In this document: piece by piece, positions 63,593 to 64,000 of the stretch
Layout of the letters: each line of letters opens with the position of its first letter
Numbering within the stretch: the first letter of the stretch is position 1
Virus record (IMG/VR): IMGVR_UViG_3300031578_000013
Span: 12,162 to 76,161 of that record
DNA: 64,000 nucleotides
Reading direction: 5' to 3' (one strand)
DNA from: a virus
Position numbers and translations under genes: made by a program
Notes under the pieces: model-generated
Databases searched by the model: none
What the model was told of the DNA's origin: nothing
Seen by the model: only the letters and a program-made list of their open reading frames with translations

Positions 63593-64000
63593 CTGTGAAA
63601 AGAGGGATTGCTAAATATGACTCCAAAATGTCTGAACCCAAATACACATCCAAAATACACAACAATAAAATCAATGGGCTTCGGTTTCATCATCATAGGG
63701 TTTGCAATCTGGTTTGCATTTCTATTCCTTGTGATAACAGATCCAGATAATACCATTGAGTATCTCGGACTTCCTACTCTCGCAATGATAATTATGTATC
63801 TCGGTGCGGAAATAGAAGTCGTCCGACTCAACAATGAATTATTACGAGTACCTGGTGATCAACATTCCAAGCACCAAAACTAATATACCATCACAAACAT
63901 CATCTATTATATGATGATTAAACCCACCCCCCTCATTTTTGCAATCCTGCTCCTGATCCTGCTCCCGTGTTTCGCAATACCAGTCTCTGCCGAGAACAGC

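Noticed and set aside
1-64000. Genome-wide amber recoding
   Set aside because: TAG ends several genes right at the next start (8900, 33292, 49002); long genes are not broken by TAG

Overview
Gene-dense, almost entirely plus-strand segment of a large archaeal mobile element, most likely a virus of a methanogen (Methanomicrobia-like). Host inference rests on BRE/TATA promoters 30 nt before leaderless start codons, a COG4738-type LRQPEVS regulator, an ERCC4 nuclease, a sequon-rich PKD surface protein and an archaeal IS6 element. Layout: (1) 0.5-23 kb, array of small coupled ORFs including a SprT-like protease, C5-MTase-like protein, TOPRIM protein, RNA ligase and radical SAM protein; (2) about 23.0-23.3 kb, candidate origin, then a bacteriophage-type replication/recombination module (primase-helicase, HTH, Sak4, DUF669 SSB, Cas4-like exonuclease, SF2 helicase, VRR-NUC); (3) 31.5-44 kb, DNA modification and accessory genes, including a methyltransferase split in two by an HNH gene; (4) 44-50 kb, secreted/membrane operon, possibly structural; (5) 50034-52970, a complete IS6-family element with TIRs and TSD carrying a proteasome-beta-like passenger; (6) 54.8-61.1 kb, basic low-complexity proteins including a 1409-aa protein with putative ADP-ribosyltransferase and nucleotidyltransferase domains. 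No terminase, portal, HK97 capsid, integrase, tRNA, rRNA or CRISPR array was recognised. The most notable observations are two covarying tRNA-like T-loop RNA elements in front of early genes, the HNH-split methyltransferase with novel junction peptides, the proteasome-carrying IS, the polyvalent giant protein, and a gene-phased C-rich 5' / G-rich 3' composition. All calls come from motif recognition by eye; no database search was run.
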